Assembly (NCBI GenBank): GCA_037619625.1
Contig: JASJMK010000017.1
Location: forward strand, 7,327 to 71,326
DNA length: 64,000 bases
Direction of reading: 5' to 3'
From: Actinomycetes bacterium
GTDB taxonomy: Bacteria > Actinomycetota > Actinomycetes > S36-B12 > UBA5976
Below, piece by piece: positions 1 through 10,957 of the stretch (its first letter is position 1; the number at the start of each line of letters is the position of its first letter). A program made the translations under genes and the position numbers. The notes under the pieces are model-generated. The model saw nothing but the letters and a program-made list of their open reading frames with translations. It was not told where the DNA came from and did no database searches.

Positions 1-89
1 TAGATTTTCCAAAAATGCGCTGCGATCCATGCCTCTATTGTGCCGTGCTCGAACAGGCTATTGGAAATCAGAGCAAATTTTCCAACTGG

Positions 90-851
90 CTAGCGAACTT
101 CGATTCCAGTTGACCGCAGTTCATCCTTAACTTGCTGGATCGAAAGTTCACTGAAGTGAAAGACACTGGCTGCCAGCACTGCGTTGGCGCCCGCTGAAAC
201 TGCTGGCGCAAAGTCTGTTAACTTGCCGGCGCCGCCACTAGCAATCAGGGGAATGTCTACTGCTTCGCGAACGCGAGTAATTAGTTCCAGGTCGTAACCA
301 TTTTTAGTTCCGTCTGCATCCATGGAGTTAAGAAGTACTTCACCAGCTCCGCGCTCGGCAGCTTCAATGATCCATTCCAAAGCATCTTTACCGCTGCTTT
401 TCCGGCCACCGTGGGTAGTGGCTTCAAAGCCACTCGGAGCACTAGAACTCCGCCTGACATCGACTGAAACCACAATGCATTGGTCGCCAAAACGGCTGGC
501 AGCAAGTGAGATTAATTCTGGGTTGGCCAAGCCTGCCGTATTTATTCCAACTTTGTCGGCGCCAGCCCGCAATAACGCATCTACATCGTCCACTGTGCGA
601 ACACCACCACCAACAGTGAGTGGGATGAATAGCACATCGGCCGTGCGCTTTACCATTTCAATCGTCGTTTCGCGGTTTGCACTCGAGGCAGTGATGTCTA
701 GAAAAATTAACTCATCTGCGCCCGATTCACCGTAATGTTTTGCTAACTCAACTGGGTCGCCAGCATCAGCAAGATTCTCAAAATTCACGCCTTTAACAAC
801 GCGGCCAGCATCAACGTCAAGGCACGGGATAACTCGAATTGCTACACTCAC
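90..851 (-). CDS. hisF: Imidazole glycerol phosphate synthase cyclase subunit HisF
   Basis: 253-aa ORF with HisF hallmarks ([30 protein letters not shown]). Last gene of a contiguous his operon. Confidence 0.95.
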   Translation of the reverse strand: MSVAIRVIPCLDVDAGRVVKGVNFENLADAGDPVELAKHYGESGADELIFLDITASSANRETTIEMVKRTADVLFIPLTVGGGVRTVDDVDALLRAGADKVGINTAGLANPELISLAASRFGDQCIVVSVDVRRSSSAPSGFEATTHGGRKSSGKDALEWIIEAAERGAGEVLLNSMDADGTKNGYDLELITRVREAVDIPLIASGGAGKLTDFAPAVSAGANAVLAASVFHFSELSIQQVKDELRSTGIEVR

Positions 852-1586
852 TTAATTTTCCTGCGGTCCGGCAACTTCGATTGCTTCAACAAGTGTGAAA
901 GCTTGCGCATAAAGTGCTTTGCCAACAATCGCGCCCTCTACGCCAATTTCCGTTAGTGAGCGCAGCTGCGCAATGTCAGCAAGGTTGGCAATGCCGCCAC
1001 TGGCAATCACTGGCTTATTCGTGCGCTCGCACATCTGTTTTAAAAGTTCGATGTTTGGTCCACGAAGTGTGCCATCTTTTGTTACGTCAGTTACGACATA
1101 GCGCTCACAGCCATCTGCTTCCAGGCGCTCAAGAGTTTCCCAAATATCGCCACCGTCTTGCGTCCAGCCCCGCGCAGCCAGCACGGTCCCGCGGACATCT
1201 AGACCTACTGCGATGCGATCCCCAAATTCAGAAATTACTTGGGAAGTCCATTGCGGATTTTCCAATGCGGCAGTGCCAAGATTTACTCGACGAGCACCTG
1301 TGGCAAGGGCTGCGCGCAGAGATTCGTCATCGCGAATACCGCCAGATATTTCAACATTGACATCTAAGCGCTGAACTACCTGAGCGAGAAGTTCGCTATT
1401 TTCCCCACGTCCAAAAGCGGCATCTAAATCAACTAAGTGGATCCATTGCGCACCACTTGCTTGCCAATCCAAGGCTGCAGCTAGCGGATCTCCAAATGAA
1501 GTAGCGCTGTCTGCTTGACCCTGCACTAAGCGAACGGCTTTTCCGTCGGCAACATCGACTGCTGGCAACAAGATAAGTGACGACAT
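852..1586 (-). CDS. hisA: ProFAR isomerase HisA (PriA-type in Actinobacteria)
   Basis: 244-aa ORF with [17 protein letters not shown] and SGGI motifs. Its stop directly abuts the hisF start. PriA bifunctionality is established for Actinobacteria that lack trpF and cannot be tested here. Confidence 0.9.
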   Translation of the reverse strand: MSSLILLPAVDVADGKAVRLVQGQADSATSFGDPLAAALDWQASGAQWIHLVDLDAAFGRGENSELLAQVVQRLDVNVEISGGIRDDESLRAALATGARRVNLGTAALENPQWTSQVISEFGDRIAVGLDVRGTVLAARGWTQDGGDIWETLERLEADGCERYVVTDVTKDGTLRGPNIELLKQMCERTNKPVIASGGIANLADIAQLRSLTEIGVEGAIVGKALYAQAFTLVEAIEVAGPQEN

Positions 1587-1660
1587 CTAGTTGACCTCTT
1601 TACTTAATCGATGTGGAAATGTTTGGCAAAATCTTTTCACTGGGAAAAATTTGATTGATC

Positions 1661-2296
1661 TCATTTTATTGCAGCGATCCAGTTTGCTAACAATGTCAGT
1701 CCGGCATCGCCTGATTTTTCCGGATGAAATTGCGTAGCCCAAAGTGGTCCATTTTCAACAGCAGCAACAAAGTTCTCCCCGTGATTGGACCACGAAACTT
1801 TTGGGGCAGCAAGTTTCTCGTGCGGATCTAGTTCCCAATTTCGAGCAGCGTATGAGTGTACGAAATAGAACCGTTCGTCCTCAATGCCAGTAAACATTTG
1901 CGACTGTGGTGCGCACGAGATGTTATTCCAACCCATGTGTGGCAAAACTGGCGCAGTAAGTTGATCAACCGTTCCTGGCCATTCATTTAACCCAGCGTGA
2001 AAACCTGTTTCGGCGTGCTCAGTGCTCTTTTCGAAAAGCACTTGCATCCCAACGCAAATTCCAAGCACCGGTCTGCTGCCTGCTAACCGACGACCAATTA
2101 TTTGCTCGCCGCGCACATTCTTCAAGCCAGCCATGCAAGATGCAAAGGCACCAACACCTGGAACAAGCAGGGCATCGCAGTTCATTGCTTCATCGAAATC
2201 AGCTGAAATGGAAACGGATGCCCCGGTAGTTTCAACAGCGCGCTGAGCTGATCGAACGTTTCCAGATCCGTAATCCAGAATTACCACAGAGGTCAC
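1661..2296 (-). CDS. hisH: Imidazole glycerol phosphate synthase glutamine amidotransferase subunit HisH
   Basis: 211-aa ORF with [20 protein letters not shown] (catalytic Cys) and FHPEKS motifs. Confidence 0.95.
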   Translation of the reverse strand: MTSVVILDYGSGNVRSAQRAVETTGASVSISADFDEAMNCDALLVPGVGAFASCMAGLKNVRGEQIIGRRLAGSRPVLGICVGMQVLFEKSTEHAETGFHAGLNEWPGTVDQLTAPVLPHMGWNNISCAPQSQMFTGIEDERFYFVHSYAARNWELDPHEKLAAPKVSWSNHGENFVAAVENGPLWATQFHPEKSGDAGLTLLANWIAAIK

Positions 2297-2299
2297 GAG

Positions 2300-2896
2300 C
2301 TAGAGACTTCCCTTTGTTGAAGGTATGTCAACAACTCGTGGATCAAGTGCAACAGCGTCGCGAAGTGCGCGCGCGACTGCCTTGAATTGTGCTTCGCTTA
2401 CGTGGTGAGCATTGCGACCGCTGAGAATTCTGATGTGAATACATATTTGGGCAGTCGCAATTATGGACTCCCAGATGTGGCGAATCAAAGTGGTATCAAA
2501 AGTTCCGATTAACTCAACTATTTCTGGTTGTTCATGAACCAAGTAAGGGCGACCAGAAAGATCAACTGCTGCGTGGCAGGCCGTTTCATCAAGTGGTACG
2601 TAGGCATCACCAAACCGGCGAATGCCGACTTTATCCCCCAGCGCAGTTCTAATAGCCTCACCAACAGCAAGGGAAGTATCTTCTACTGTGTGATGTGAAT
2701 CAACTTCGACGTCACCCTTAGTTTCTACCTTGAGATCAAACCCACCATGTCGGCCTAACTGCGAAAGCATGTGATCAAAAAATGGCACGCCAGTGTTGAT
2801 GTCAATCTGGCCTGTGCCATCAAGATTTAATTCAACTAGTACTGAACTTTCCTTGGTCGAACGTTCGATACGAGCGGTACGTGCTGTTCCTGCCAT
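2300..2896 (-). CDS. hisB: Imidazoleglycerol-phosphate dehydratase HisB
   Basis: IGPD motifs (GVPFFDHML, DSHHTVED). The ORF-track start at 2974 would overlap hisC by 65 nt. The internal ATG at 2896 (MAGTARTARIER...) lies 11 nt after the hisC stop codon (2910-2912). Confidence 0.9.
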   Translation of the reverse strand: MAGTARTARIERSTKESSVLVELNLDGTGQIDINTGVPFFDHMLSQLGRHGGFDLKVETKGDVEVDSHHTVEDTSLAVGEAIRTALGDKVGIRRFGDAYVPLDETACHAAVDLSGRPYLVHEQPEIVELIGTFDTTLIRHIWESIIATAQICIHIRILSGRNAHHVSEAQFKAVARALRDAVALDPRVVDIPSTKGSL

Positions 2897-2909
2897 GGTG
2901 GTCACCTTC

Positions 2910-4022
2910 TTATTCGTTAGATGTAACTTTAAGTAATGCAGTCTTGAATAGCGAATTTTCCTGTGGAGTTCCAATACTCACCCGCAACCAGCCCATTGGG
3001 CCGGTCTGCCGAATCAAAACCCCTTGCTCAACTAGTTTTTCCCAGATTTGGTTTCGATCACTAAATGTTCCAAAAAGTATGAAGTTTGCACCACTTGCTG
3101 CGACTTCAAAACCAGAATCAATTAACCATTTCGTTAGTTCATCTCGTTGGCTTCGAATTAACTCAACTTGACTTAGTAGCTCAGCGCTAAAACGCAGTGC
3201 TACCCGAGCAGCTTCTTGCGTGAGGGTTGATAAGTGATACGGCAGTCGAACCAGCTGAATTGCGGCAATAACCTTAGGGTCGGCTATCGCGTAGCCAATT
3301 CGAGCGCCGGCGTAGGAAAAAGCCTTACTCATAGTGCGAGTCACAATCAAAAGTGGGTGGTTTTTCAGGTTCACAATTGCACTCGGTGTCCCAGGTGCCC
3401 GAAATTCCGCGTAAGCCTCGTCAATAATTACGACACCTGAAAAATTTTCTAGTAAATATTCAATCTCTGCCTGACCAACTACGGTGCCTGTTGGGTTGTT
3501 AGGAGAAGTTAAAACGATGATGTCGGGCTGCAAAGCTAAGGCCTGGTCGATAACTTGAAAGTCAATTTCAAAATCTGGTCGTCTTGAAACAGTTTCATAT
3601 TTTGTGAATGTATTTCGACAATAATCCTCATACATCGAATAAGTCGGATCAAAAGTTACTAACTTCTTATCGGGTCCACCAAACAGTTGAAGCAACTGCT
3701 GCATAACTTCATTAGATCCATTAGCTGGCCAAATATTTTCAGCAGTTACCAAAACCTGGCTTTCGGTTTCTAAGTAACTTGCTAAGTCAGCGCGAAGTAA
3801 CGTCGCTTCCCGATCTGGATAGCGATTGAGGTTGGCGCCAACTTGGGAAATTACCCGAGATAATTCAGCCACTAGTTCAGGTGAAGGATCAAAAGGATTT
3901 TCATTTGTATTAAGGCGTACTGGGACATCAAGTTGGGGTGCGCCATACGGTGAGCGCCCGACAAGATCTGCGCGAATTGGCAGCTCAATATTTTTGTTAG
4001 CTGCGCTCTTACCTAATGTCAT
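2910..4022 (-). CDS. hisC: Histidinol-phosphate aminotransferase HisC
   Basis: 370-aa class-II aminotransferase with LNTNENP, PNNPTG and a [16 protein letters not shown]-lysine region. ATGA start/stop overlap with hisD at 4019-4022. Confidence 0.93.
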   Translation of the reverse strand: MTLGKSAANKNIELPIRADLVGRSPYGAPQLDVPVRLNTNENPFDPSPELVAELSRVISQVGANLNRYPDREATLLRADLASYLETESQVLVTAENIWPANGSNEVMQQLLQLFGGPDKKLVTFDPTYSMYEDYCRNTFTKYETVSRRPDFEIDFQVIDQALALQPDIIVLTSPNNPTGTVVGQAEIEYLLENFSGVVIIDEAYAEFRAPGTPSAIVNLKNHPLLIVTRTMSKAFSYAGARIGYAIADPKVIAAIQLVRLPYHLSTLTQEAARVALRFSAELLSQVELIRSQRDELTKWLIDSGFEVAASGANFILFGTFSDRNQIWEKLVEQGVLIRQTGPMGWLRVSIGTPQENSLFKTALLKVTSNE

Positions 4023-5326
4023 GTTGAGCGAATCTCAATTGCGGCGGCGTGGCCGGGCAGGCCTTCCGCTGTTGCTAACGTGACAACAGTTTCAGCAATC
4101 TCACGTAAGGCACTTTCGTCGTATTCCACGTAGTGAATGCCCCGCAAAAAGGATTGCACTGATAACCCAGAGGAGTGACACGCACAGCCACCAGTTGGAA
4201 GCACGTGATTAGATCCAGCCGCGTAATCGCCGAGCGAAACGGGTGACCAGTCTCCAACAAAAATTGCGCCGGCATTTTTTACCCGGCGCGCAACTGCAGC
4301 AGCATCGCGGGTGTGAATCTCTAAATGCTCAGCAGCGTAAGCATCAACTACGGCTAAGCCATGATCTAGATCGTCTACTAAGACAAAGGCACTTTGTTGG
4401 CTAGTCAACGCGATTCGAATTCGATCTGCATTCATATTGAGCGGAACTTGTCGCTCAAGGCAGATTCGAACTTTGTCAATAAGTTCTTGACTATCTGTTA
4501 CTAGAACAGAAGCAGCTACAACGTCATGCTCCGCTTGGCTGATTAAGTCAGCTGCTACGAATTCCGGGTTAGCTGAATCATCAGCCAAAATCGCAATCTC
4601 AGTTGGTCCAGCCTCAGAATCAATTCCGATGAGCCCTTTCAACATTCGCTTAGCCGCTGTGACATACATGTTCCCTGGACCAGTAACAAGGTAAACCGGT
4701 TCAATCTCGATTGGACCGGCGCTACCGTATGCCATGAGCGCAACAGCTTGTGCGCCTCCAGCTGCATAAACTTCTGTGACTCCAAGTAACGCACAAGCCG
4801 CCAGAATTGTTGGGTGCGGCCAACCACCAAACTCACTTTGTGGTGGTGAGCACACAACTAAAGATTCCACGCCAGCAATCTGAGCTGGAACTACATTCAT
4901 AATTACGCTGCTTGGGTATACGTACACACCACCAGGTACATAGAGTCCTACTCGCTGCACCGGAATCCAACGTTCACTAACTGTGCCGCCGGGGGCAACT
5001 TGAACAACAGATTCTTCACGCCGTTGTTTTTCGTGCACTATTCGAACTCGACGAATGGCTTCTTCCAGAGCTGCGCGAATTTTAGGATCGACCTCAATTA
5101 GTGCTTGATCGATGACACTTTGCGGAACCCGGATTTCTGGCGCAGCAACTCCATCAAATTTTGCTGACCATTCTTGCACTGCAACAACTCCGCGATCGCG
5201 AACGTCTTCCACGATTGGCCGGACAATTTCTACTACCGCGGCTAGATCAAACTTGGCTCGCGGCACGATATCTCGTAAATCCACAGCTCGGCGAGATCCC
5301 CCGCGCAAATCTAACGTCGATAACAT
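4019..5326 (-). CDS. hisD: Histidinol dehydrogenase HisD
   Basis: 435-aa ORF with AGPTE, SQAEHD and [13 protein letters not shown] motifs. First gene of the his operon. Confidence 0.95.
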   Translation of the reverse strand: MLSTLDLRGGSRRAVDLRDIVPRAKFDLAAVVEIVRPIVEDVRDRGVVAVQEWSAKFDGVAAPEIRVPQSVIDQALIEVDPKIRAALEEAIRRVRIVHEKQRREESVVQVAPGGTVSERWIPVQRVGLYVPGGVYVYPSSVIMNVVPAQIAGVESLVVCSPPQSEFGGWPHPTILAACALLGVTEVYAAGGAQAVALMAYGSAGPIEIEPVYLVTGPGNMYVTAAKRMLKGLIGIDSEAGPTEIAILADDSANPEFVAADLISQAEHDVVAASVLVTDSQELIDKVRICLERQVPLNMNADRIRIALTSQQSAFVLVDDLDHGLAVVDAYAAEHLEIHTRDAAAVARRVKNAGAIFVGDWSPVSLGDYAAGSNHVLPTGGCACHSSGLSVQSFLRGIHYVEYDESALREIAETVVTLATAEGLPGHAAAIEIRST

Positions 5327-5371
5327 ATTGCTAAGTTTAACGGCAAAATTGAAGCAATAGGATTCAGAGAT

Positions 5372-5845
5372 ATGGCTACCGGTACACCAGCAACAACTTT
5401 GCTAACTGCTGCTGGAATTATCTACGTGGAGCACGAGTACCAACATGAAACAAGTGCTACCTCGTTTGGTTTAGAAGCTGCTGAAAAACTTGGAATTGAT
5501 CCAAGTCAAGTCTTTAAGACTCTGGTAGTAGCAGTAGATGACCACTTTGCAGTTGCGATTGTTCCAGTAAATCAACAAGTGAGCTTGAAAGCACTCTCGC
5601 GAGTCCTTGGCGCGAAAAAGGCAACTATGGCTGATCCTGAAGTTGCCGCGCGAATGACTGGCTACGTAGTCGGTGGGATAAGTCCACTTGGCCAAAAGAA
5701 GTTGCTCCCAACTGTCATCGCTGAATCAGCGCAACTACTGGGCACAGTTCTGGTTAGTGGTGGAAAGCGCGGATTTGATATCGAATTATCGCCAATTGAC
5801 TTGGCCGAACTATTGCAGGCAAAATTCGCTGACATTGCGATTTAG
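5372..5845 (+). CDS. ybaK: Cys-tRNA(Pro)/Cys-tRNA(Cys) deacylase, YbaK/EbsC family
   Basis: 157-aa ORF with YbaK-like features ([19 protein letters not shown]). Divergent from hisD with a 45-bp spacer. Confidence 0.8.
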   Translation: MATGTPATTLLTAAGIIYVEHEYQHETSATSFGLEAAEKLGIDPSQVFKTLVVAVDDHFAVAIVPVNQQVSLKALSRVLGAKKATMADPEVAARMTGYVVGGISPLGQKKLLPTVIAESAQLLGTVLVSGGKRGFDIELSPIDLAELLQAKFADIAI

Positions 5846-5862
5846 CAATTTTTACTTGCTCT

Positions 5863-8800
5863 TTAAGTTGTCAGCAATTGCGGTGCTTCTAAGCAATTAG
5901 CACCTAGCAGCGCTTTTAAGTCGCCAAACAACGAAGGTGACGGCGACACTCTAAGTTTGTCATCAGTCTTTACTGAAACAAACTTGTCAGATTGAATAAC
6001 CGTCAAGTTGACTTGCGTTGTTCCTGGATGCGCACTCAAAATTTGACGCAAGGAATCCATGACTGCAGCGTTAACTCGAGACTCTGGAATGTAAACAGTT
6101 ACTGGACCAGAGTGGGCTGCGCTGACATCAGGGATTGAGACTTCCAACGCAGCAACGCGTGGGCCTTCATCGTCTCTTTTCTCAATTCGCACCTTCATTA
6201 AAATAATTGCATCTTCATTGAGTAAGGCGGCAACTTTTGTAAAAGTGTTTGGCCACACCATTACTTCGACAACTCCCTCTAGATCTTCCAGGGAAACGAT
6301 CGCCCATCTGTCACCAGAACGCTTTGTGGTCTTAAGTTGCACGCTGCTAATTAATCCACCCAGTGTTACCACCGCACCATCGGAGGCTTCAGCTACACCT
6401 GAAATTGGCATTGACGTACTCATGGCCAACAAGTGCTCGACACCAAATAGTGGATGGTCACTTACGTAAAGGCCAAGCATGTCGCGCTCTTGCGCCAACA
6501 TGGTTTTCTTATCCCATTCCTCCAAGGATATGTTTACATCGACGCCACCAATGGCATCATCAGAATGATCTTGAGATGTGCCAAATAAATCGAACTGACC
6601 AATTGCTTCCGCTTTTTTGGTATCCAGTACTGAATCAACGGACTCCACGTGGATCGCAAATAGTCCGCGCCTAGTGTGACCTAGTGAATCGAAGGCACCA
6701 GCTTTAATCAAGGATTCGATAACTCGCTTATTGCAAACTTGAACATCGACTTTTGTTAAGAAGTCACCAAAGGATGTGAATCTACCTTTCTTTGTTCGGC
6801 TTACTTTAAGGGATTCCACGACGTTGACTCCAACATTGCGTACTGCTGCAAGTCCGAACCGGATATCAGTTGCGATCGCAGTGAAATCTACGTCAGACTC
6901 ATTTACATCTGGTGGCAAAACTTTAATACCCATGCGCCGGCATTCGTTTAAGTAAACTGCCGACTTATCTTTGTCATCTTTAACACTGGTAAGTAGCGCT
7001 GCCATATATTCCGCTGGGTAATTCGCTTTGAGATACGCGGTCCAGTATGAAACTAAGCCATAACCAGCGCTATGGGCTTTATTGAATGCGTAATCTGAGA
7101 ACGGAACTAGAGTTTCCCAAAGTCGATTGATGGCAGCTTGGGAAAAATTACGCTCTTTCATGCCAGCTTCAAAGGGCAGATATTCTTTATCTAGAATTTC
7201 TTTCTTTTTCTTACCCATGGCTCGTCGTAGCAAATCAGCTTGGCCAAGTGTGTAGCCTGCCACTTCCTGCGCAATTGCCATTACTTGTTCTTGATAGACA
7301 ATCAAGCCATATGTATCGCCCAAAATTGCAGCTAAAGGCTGTTCCAAATCGGGGTGAATTGGAACTTGGACTTTTCGTTTGTTTTTGTAATCGGCATAGT
7401 CAGTGTGTGCGTTCACACCCATCGGGCCCGGGCGATAGAGCGCAAGTACAGCCGATATGTCGCCAAACGAATCCGGGTTCATCGAACGTAGGAGCGAACG
7501 AATTGGACCACTGTCGAGTTGGAACACGCCAAGTGTGTCGCCACGGGCCAGCAATTCATAAGTTTTTAAATCATCAAGTCCAAGTTCTTCTAAGACCACT
7601 GTTTCGTCGCGATTTGATTTGATGTTTAGCAAAGTGTCATCCAGGACGGTGAGATTTCGCAGGCCGAGGAAATCCATCTTTAGTAGACCCAACGATTCGC
7701 AGGCTCCCATGTCGAATTGGGTAATGATTGCGCCATCTTGATCGCGGCGCCAAATCGGCAGGATGTCGAGTAATTCTTCTTTACACAAAATCACACCAGC
7801 TGCATGTACGCCAGGCTGACGCTTTAAACCCTCGATACCGCGCGCAGTATCAACTACGGTGCGAACGTCAGCCTCGTCGTTATAAAGTGCTCGGAACTCG
7901 CCCGCTTCGCCAAAACGATCATGGTCTGGGTCAAAAATTCCAGAAAGTGGAATGTCTTTGCCCATAACGCCAGGAGGAATGGTTTTATTAATTTTGTCAC
8001 CGAGTGCATACGGAAAGCCAAGTGCGCGAGTGGCATCCTTTACTGCTGCTTTTGCTTTAATCGAGGCGTAAGTGATGATCTGGGCTACGCGTTCTTCGCC
8101 GTATTTATGTGTGGCGTATCGAATCATTTCGCTGCGGCGACGTTCGTCAAAGTCAATGTCAATGTCGGGCATAGAAATTCGTTCTGGGTTTAGGAATCGC
8201 TCAAAAAGTAAGCCGTGCTTTATTGGGTCGAGCTCGGTGATACCCAGCGCCCAAGCGATCAACGCACCGGCTGCCGAACCTCGACCTGGACCAACGCGGA
8301 TTCCTTCCTCGCGCGCGTGCCGACATAAGTCCGCAACCACAAGAAAGTATCCAGGGAATCCCATTTGCTCAACAACGGCAAGTTCGAATGCTGCGCGCTC
8401 TAAATGTTCTGCTGGAACCACATCAGAGTTGAAACGTCGCTGCAAGCCAAGTTGAACTTCTTTAACTAGCCAGGTGTTTTCCGTTTCCCCGCTTGGTACT
8501 GGGAATGACGGCAACAAATCCTGGCCCTCAACAAAATTTATGTTGCACCGTTCTGCAATTAATAAGGTGTTGTCGCAAGCCTCTGGCAACTCGCGCCAGA
8601 CTTCGCGCATCTCGGCAGCAGTTTTCAAATAAAAATCCTGAGCATCAAATTTAAATCGCTTGGGATCATCCATAGTGGATCGGGTGCCGATACAAAGTAA
8701 AACTTCATGCATTCGAGCATCTTCAGGGTATACATAGTGCAAATCATTGGTTGCGACTAAACCAAGATTTAAGTTCTTGGCAATTTTCAGTAAGTCTTCG

Positions 8801-9417
8801 CGATGTCGACGTTCGATTCCTAGGCCGTGATCCATTAGTTCAACAAAATAATTTTCTTTGCCTAAAATTTCGCGCATAGTTGCTGCAGTACTTAGTGCTT
8901 TGTCATAATTACCTGCCTGCAACCAGCGATTTACTTCTCCCGATGGGCAGCCCGTTGTGCCAATGATTCCAGAACCATAAGTTTGCAAAAGGTCTGCGTC
9001 AAAACGTGGTTGATAGTAAAAGCCTTCCAAACTTGCTTTGCTGGATAAGCGAAATAAGTTATGTAACCCAACATTATTTTCGGCCCATAAAGTCATGTGC
9101 GTGTAGTTGTAGCGGCCACGGCCTGCGCCATCCAGAGAAGTGTCATCAACTGCTGGTGAGCCAAAATCAAAAGGAGCCCTTAAAGCCCGGCCTTGTGGCG
9201 CGTAATAACCTTCAATACCAATGATTGGCTTAACGTTTGTGGCTTGCGCTTTTTTCCAAAATTCAAAAGCACCATATAAATTGCCATGATCCGTCATTGC
9301 AATGGCAGGCATCCCAAGCTCATCAGCTTTGGCGAACAAATTATCAAGTCGCGCAGCCCCATCCAGCATGGAGTACTCGGTGTGCACGTGAAGATGCACG
9401 AACGAGTCATTACTCAC
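5863..9417 (-). CDS. dnaE: DNA polymerase III alpha subunit (replicative DnaE1)
   Basis: 1184-aa ORF. Intact PHP N-terminus (FVHLHVHTEYSMLDGAA), a PDIDIDF palm motif, and an OB fold plus C-terminal domain. Confidence 0.96.
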   Translation of the reverse strand: MSNDSFVHLHVHTEYSMLDGAARLDNLFAKADELGMPAIAMTDHGNLYGAFEFWKKAQATNVKPIIGIEGYYAPQGRALRAPFDFGSPAVDDTSLDGAGRGRYNYTHMTLWAENNVGLHNLFRLSSKASLEGFYYQPRFDADLLQTYGSGIIGTTGCPSGEVNRWLQAGNYDKALSTAATMREILGKENYFVELMDHGLGIERRHREDLLKIAKNLNLGLVATNDLHYVYPEDARMHEVLLCIGTRSTMDDPKRFKFDAQDFYLKTAAEMREVWRELPEACDNTLLIAERCNINFVEGQDLLPSFPVPSGETENTWLVKEVQLGLQRRFNSDVVPAEHLERAAFELAVVEQMGFPGYFLVVADLCRHAREEGIRVGPGRGSAAGALIAWALGITELDPIKHGLLFERFLNPERISMPDIDIDFDERRRSEMIRYATHKYGEERVAQIITYASIKAKAAVKDATRALGFPYALGDKINKTIPPGVMGKDIPLSGIFDPDHDRFGEAGEFRALYNDEADVRTVVDTARGIEGLKRQPGVHAAGVILCKEELLDILPIWRRDQDGAIITQFDMGACESLGLLKMDFLGLRNLTVLDDTLLNIKSNRDETVVLEELGLDDLKTYELLARGDTLGVFQLDSGPIRSLLRSMNPDSFGDISAVLALYRPGPMGVNAHTDYADYKNKRKVQVPIHPDLEQPLAAILGDTYGLIVYQEQVMAIAQEVAGYTLGQADLLRRAMGKKKKEILDKEYLPFEAGMKERNFSQAAINRLWETLVPFSDYAFNKAHSAGYGLVSYWTAYLKANYPAEYMAALLTSVKDDKDKSAVYLNECRRMGIKVLPPDVNESDVDFTAIATDIRFGLAAVRNVGVNVVESLKVSRTKKGRFTSFGDFLTKVDVQVCNKRVIESLIKAGAFDSLGHTRRGLFAIHVESVDSVLDTKKAEAIGQFDLFGTSQDHSDDAIGGVDVNISLEEWDKKTMLAQERDMLGLYVSDHPLFGVEHLLAMSTSMPISGVAEASDGAVVTLGGLISSVQLKTTKRSGDRWAIVSLEDLEGVVEVMVWPNTFTKVAALLNEDAIILMKVRIEKRDDEGPRVAALEVSIPDVSAAHSGPVTVYIPESRVNAAVMDSLRQILSAHPGTTQVNLTVIQSDKFVSVKTDDKLRVSPSPSLFGDLKALLGANCLEAPQLLTT

Positions 9418-9541
9418 GGGATCAGTTCCTTATGTTTTCGGGGCAAAATGCGAGAGGAAGGACGCTCCCCTAGGTTACTCGCGCAATCAGACATTTCTGC
9501 GGGGCGTACCGATGTAACCCGAAGTTGGCCGAAAATTGCGG

Positions 9542-10453
9542 TTAAAGATTACGAGCTAATTCCAGTGATCTCGCTAAATCGGGTGCGTATGGCGAACTAA
9601 AGCTAACTTGATCGCCAGAAATTGGGTGTTCAAACCCTAAGCGAACTGCGTGCAGCCACTGTCGATCAAGTTTCAATTTTGCTGCCAGAGTCGGATCTGC
9701 CCCGTAAGTTAAATCGCCACAACATGAATGCCGAAGACCGGACATGTGCACGCGAATTTGATGCGTTCTTCCAGTTTCGAGATGGACCTCCAGAAGTGAG
9801 GCGTAAGCAAAAGATTCCAAAGTGTCATAGTGGGTAATGCTCGGCCGACCCCCGCTCATGATCGCGAATCGATAAGAGGAAGTTGGGTGGCGATCTATCG
9901 GTGCCTCGATCGTGCCATTAATTGGATCAAGTCTGCCTTGAATTAAAGTGTGATAAATCTTGTCAACTGTTCGGTCCCGAAATTGATCCTTGATGCTCAC
10001 ATACGCGCGCTCAGATTTAGTAACAACCATCAGGCCGCTTGTGCCCACATCGAGCCGATGCACAATTCCTTTGCGCTCGGACGGGCCATAAGCCGTTAAT
10101 ACTGTGCCCATTGCCTCGAGCGAACCGGTCACTGTTGGTCCAGACCAACCCTGACTTGGATGAGCAGCAACGCCAGCAGGTTTGTCGATAACTACAAAAG
10201 AGTCATCTTCAAAAACAATCGGAAGCTCAACTGTTGGCTCAGGTTCGTGCAGGTCAGGATCAGGTAAATCAACTTCAATCACATCGCCAAACGCTAAACG
10301 CGCACTTTTTTGGGCAACTTTTGAATTGATTGTGACTCGAGCATCCTCAATCAGAGACACACACGTGGCGCGCGATTCACCAGTTAGCCGAGAAAGTGCA
10401 ACATCGCAACGTTCGCCTTGGAGAGTTTCGTCAATTGGCCAAATCCGAATCAT
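9542..10453 (-). CDS. rluD: RluA/RluD-family 23S rRNA pseudouridine synthase
   Basis: 303-aa ORF with an S4-like N-terminus and the catalytic HRLDVGTSGLMVV motif. ATGA overlap with the lspA stop. Confidence 0.88.
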   Translation of the reverse strand: MIRIWPIDETLQGERCDVALSRLTGESRATCVSLIEDARVTINSKVAQKSARLAFGDVIEVDLPDPDLHEPEPTVELPIVFEDDSFVVIDKPAGVAAHPSQGWSGPTVTGSLEAMGTVLTAYGPSERKGIVHRLDVGTSGLMVVTKSERAYVSIKDQFRDRTVDKIYHTLIQGRLDPINGTIEAPIDRHPTSSYRFAIMSGGRPSITHYDTLESFAYASLLEVHLETGRTHQIRVHMSGLRHSCCGDLTYGADPTLAAKLKLDRQWLHAVRLGFEHPISGDQVSFSSPYAPDLARSLELARNL

Positions 10454-10953
10454 GATTCATCCAATGTTTTTGGCTGCGAAGAAATACCTGGCGCACTGTA
10501 TTCCACACCTCGGATAGACAGAATCGTCATAGTGATTGCAGAGATAACTACTGCGCTATCGCTGATGTTGAACATTGGATAATTAGGAAGCAAAATGAAG
10601 TCAACCACGTGACCTTGAAAAAGTTCTGGACTTCTGAAAATTCGATCGCCAAGATTGCCAAGAGCCCCGCCAAGCATTCCGCCCAGCGCTATTGCCCAAA
10701 TTCGATTAGCGACTCGTTTAGCTAAAAGTAAAATTGCAACTGAGACTGCGATTGAAATTATGGTAAAAACCCAGGTGACATTTGTACCGATTGAAAATGC
10801 GGCCCCAGGATTTCTCAGAAATGATAATTTTAAGAAACTACCAAGTACTTCGATATCGCCCTGATTCTCTAAATTTGTGACTGCCCAAACTTTAGTTGCC
10901 AGATCAAGGGCAACTACAAGTAGTGCCGTAATAAATAATGGAAGACGCAACAC
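10450..10953 (-). CDS. lspA: Lipoprotein signal peptidase II
   Basis: Multi-TM protein with LspA-like segments (LDLATKVW, FLRNPGAAFS, VVDFI). The ORF-track start at 11082 overlaps the upstream gene by 125 nt. A GTG at 10953 lies 4 nt after that gene's stop and begins at the first TM segment. The start is moderately uncertain. Confidence 0.8.
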   Translation of the reverse strand: MLRLPLFITALLVVALDLATKVWAVTNLENQGDIEVLGSFLKLSFLRNPGAAFSIGTNVTWVFTIISIAVSVAILLLAKRVANRIWAIALGGMLGGALGNLGDRIFRSPELFQGHVVDFILLPNYPMFNISDSAVVISAITMTILSIRGVEYSAPGISSQPKTLDES

Positions 10954-10957
10954 GGAC

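Noticed and set aside
1-89. Possible start of another minus-strand gene (ATG at 30, MDRSAFLENL...) downstream of hisF, perhaps hisI
   Set aside because: Only 10 codons are visible, and they do not resemble the HisI N-termini I remember. That is too little sequence to make a call.
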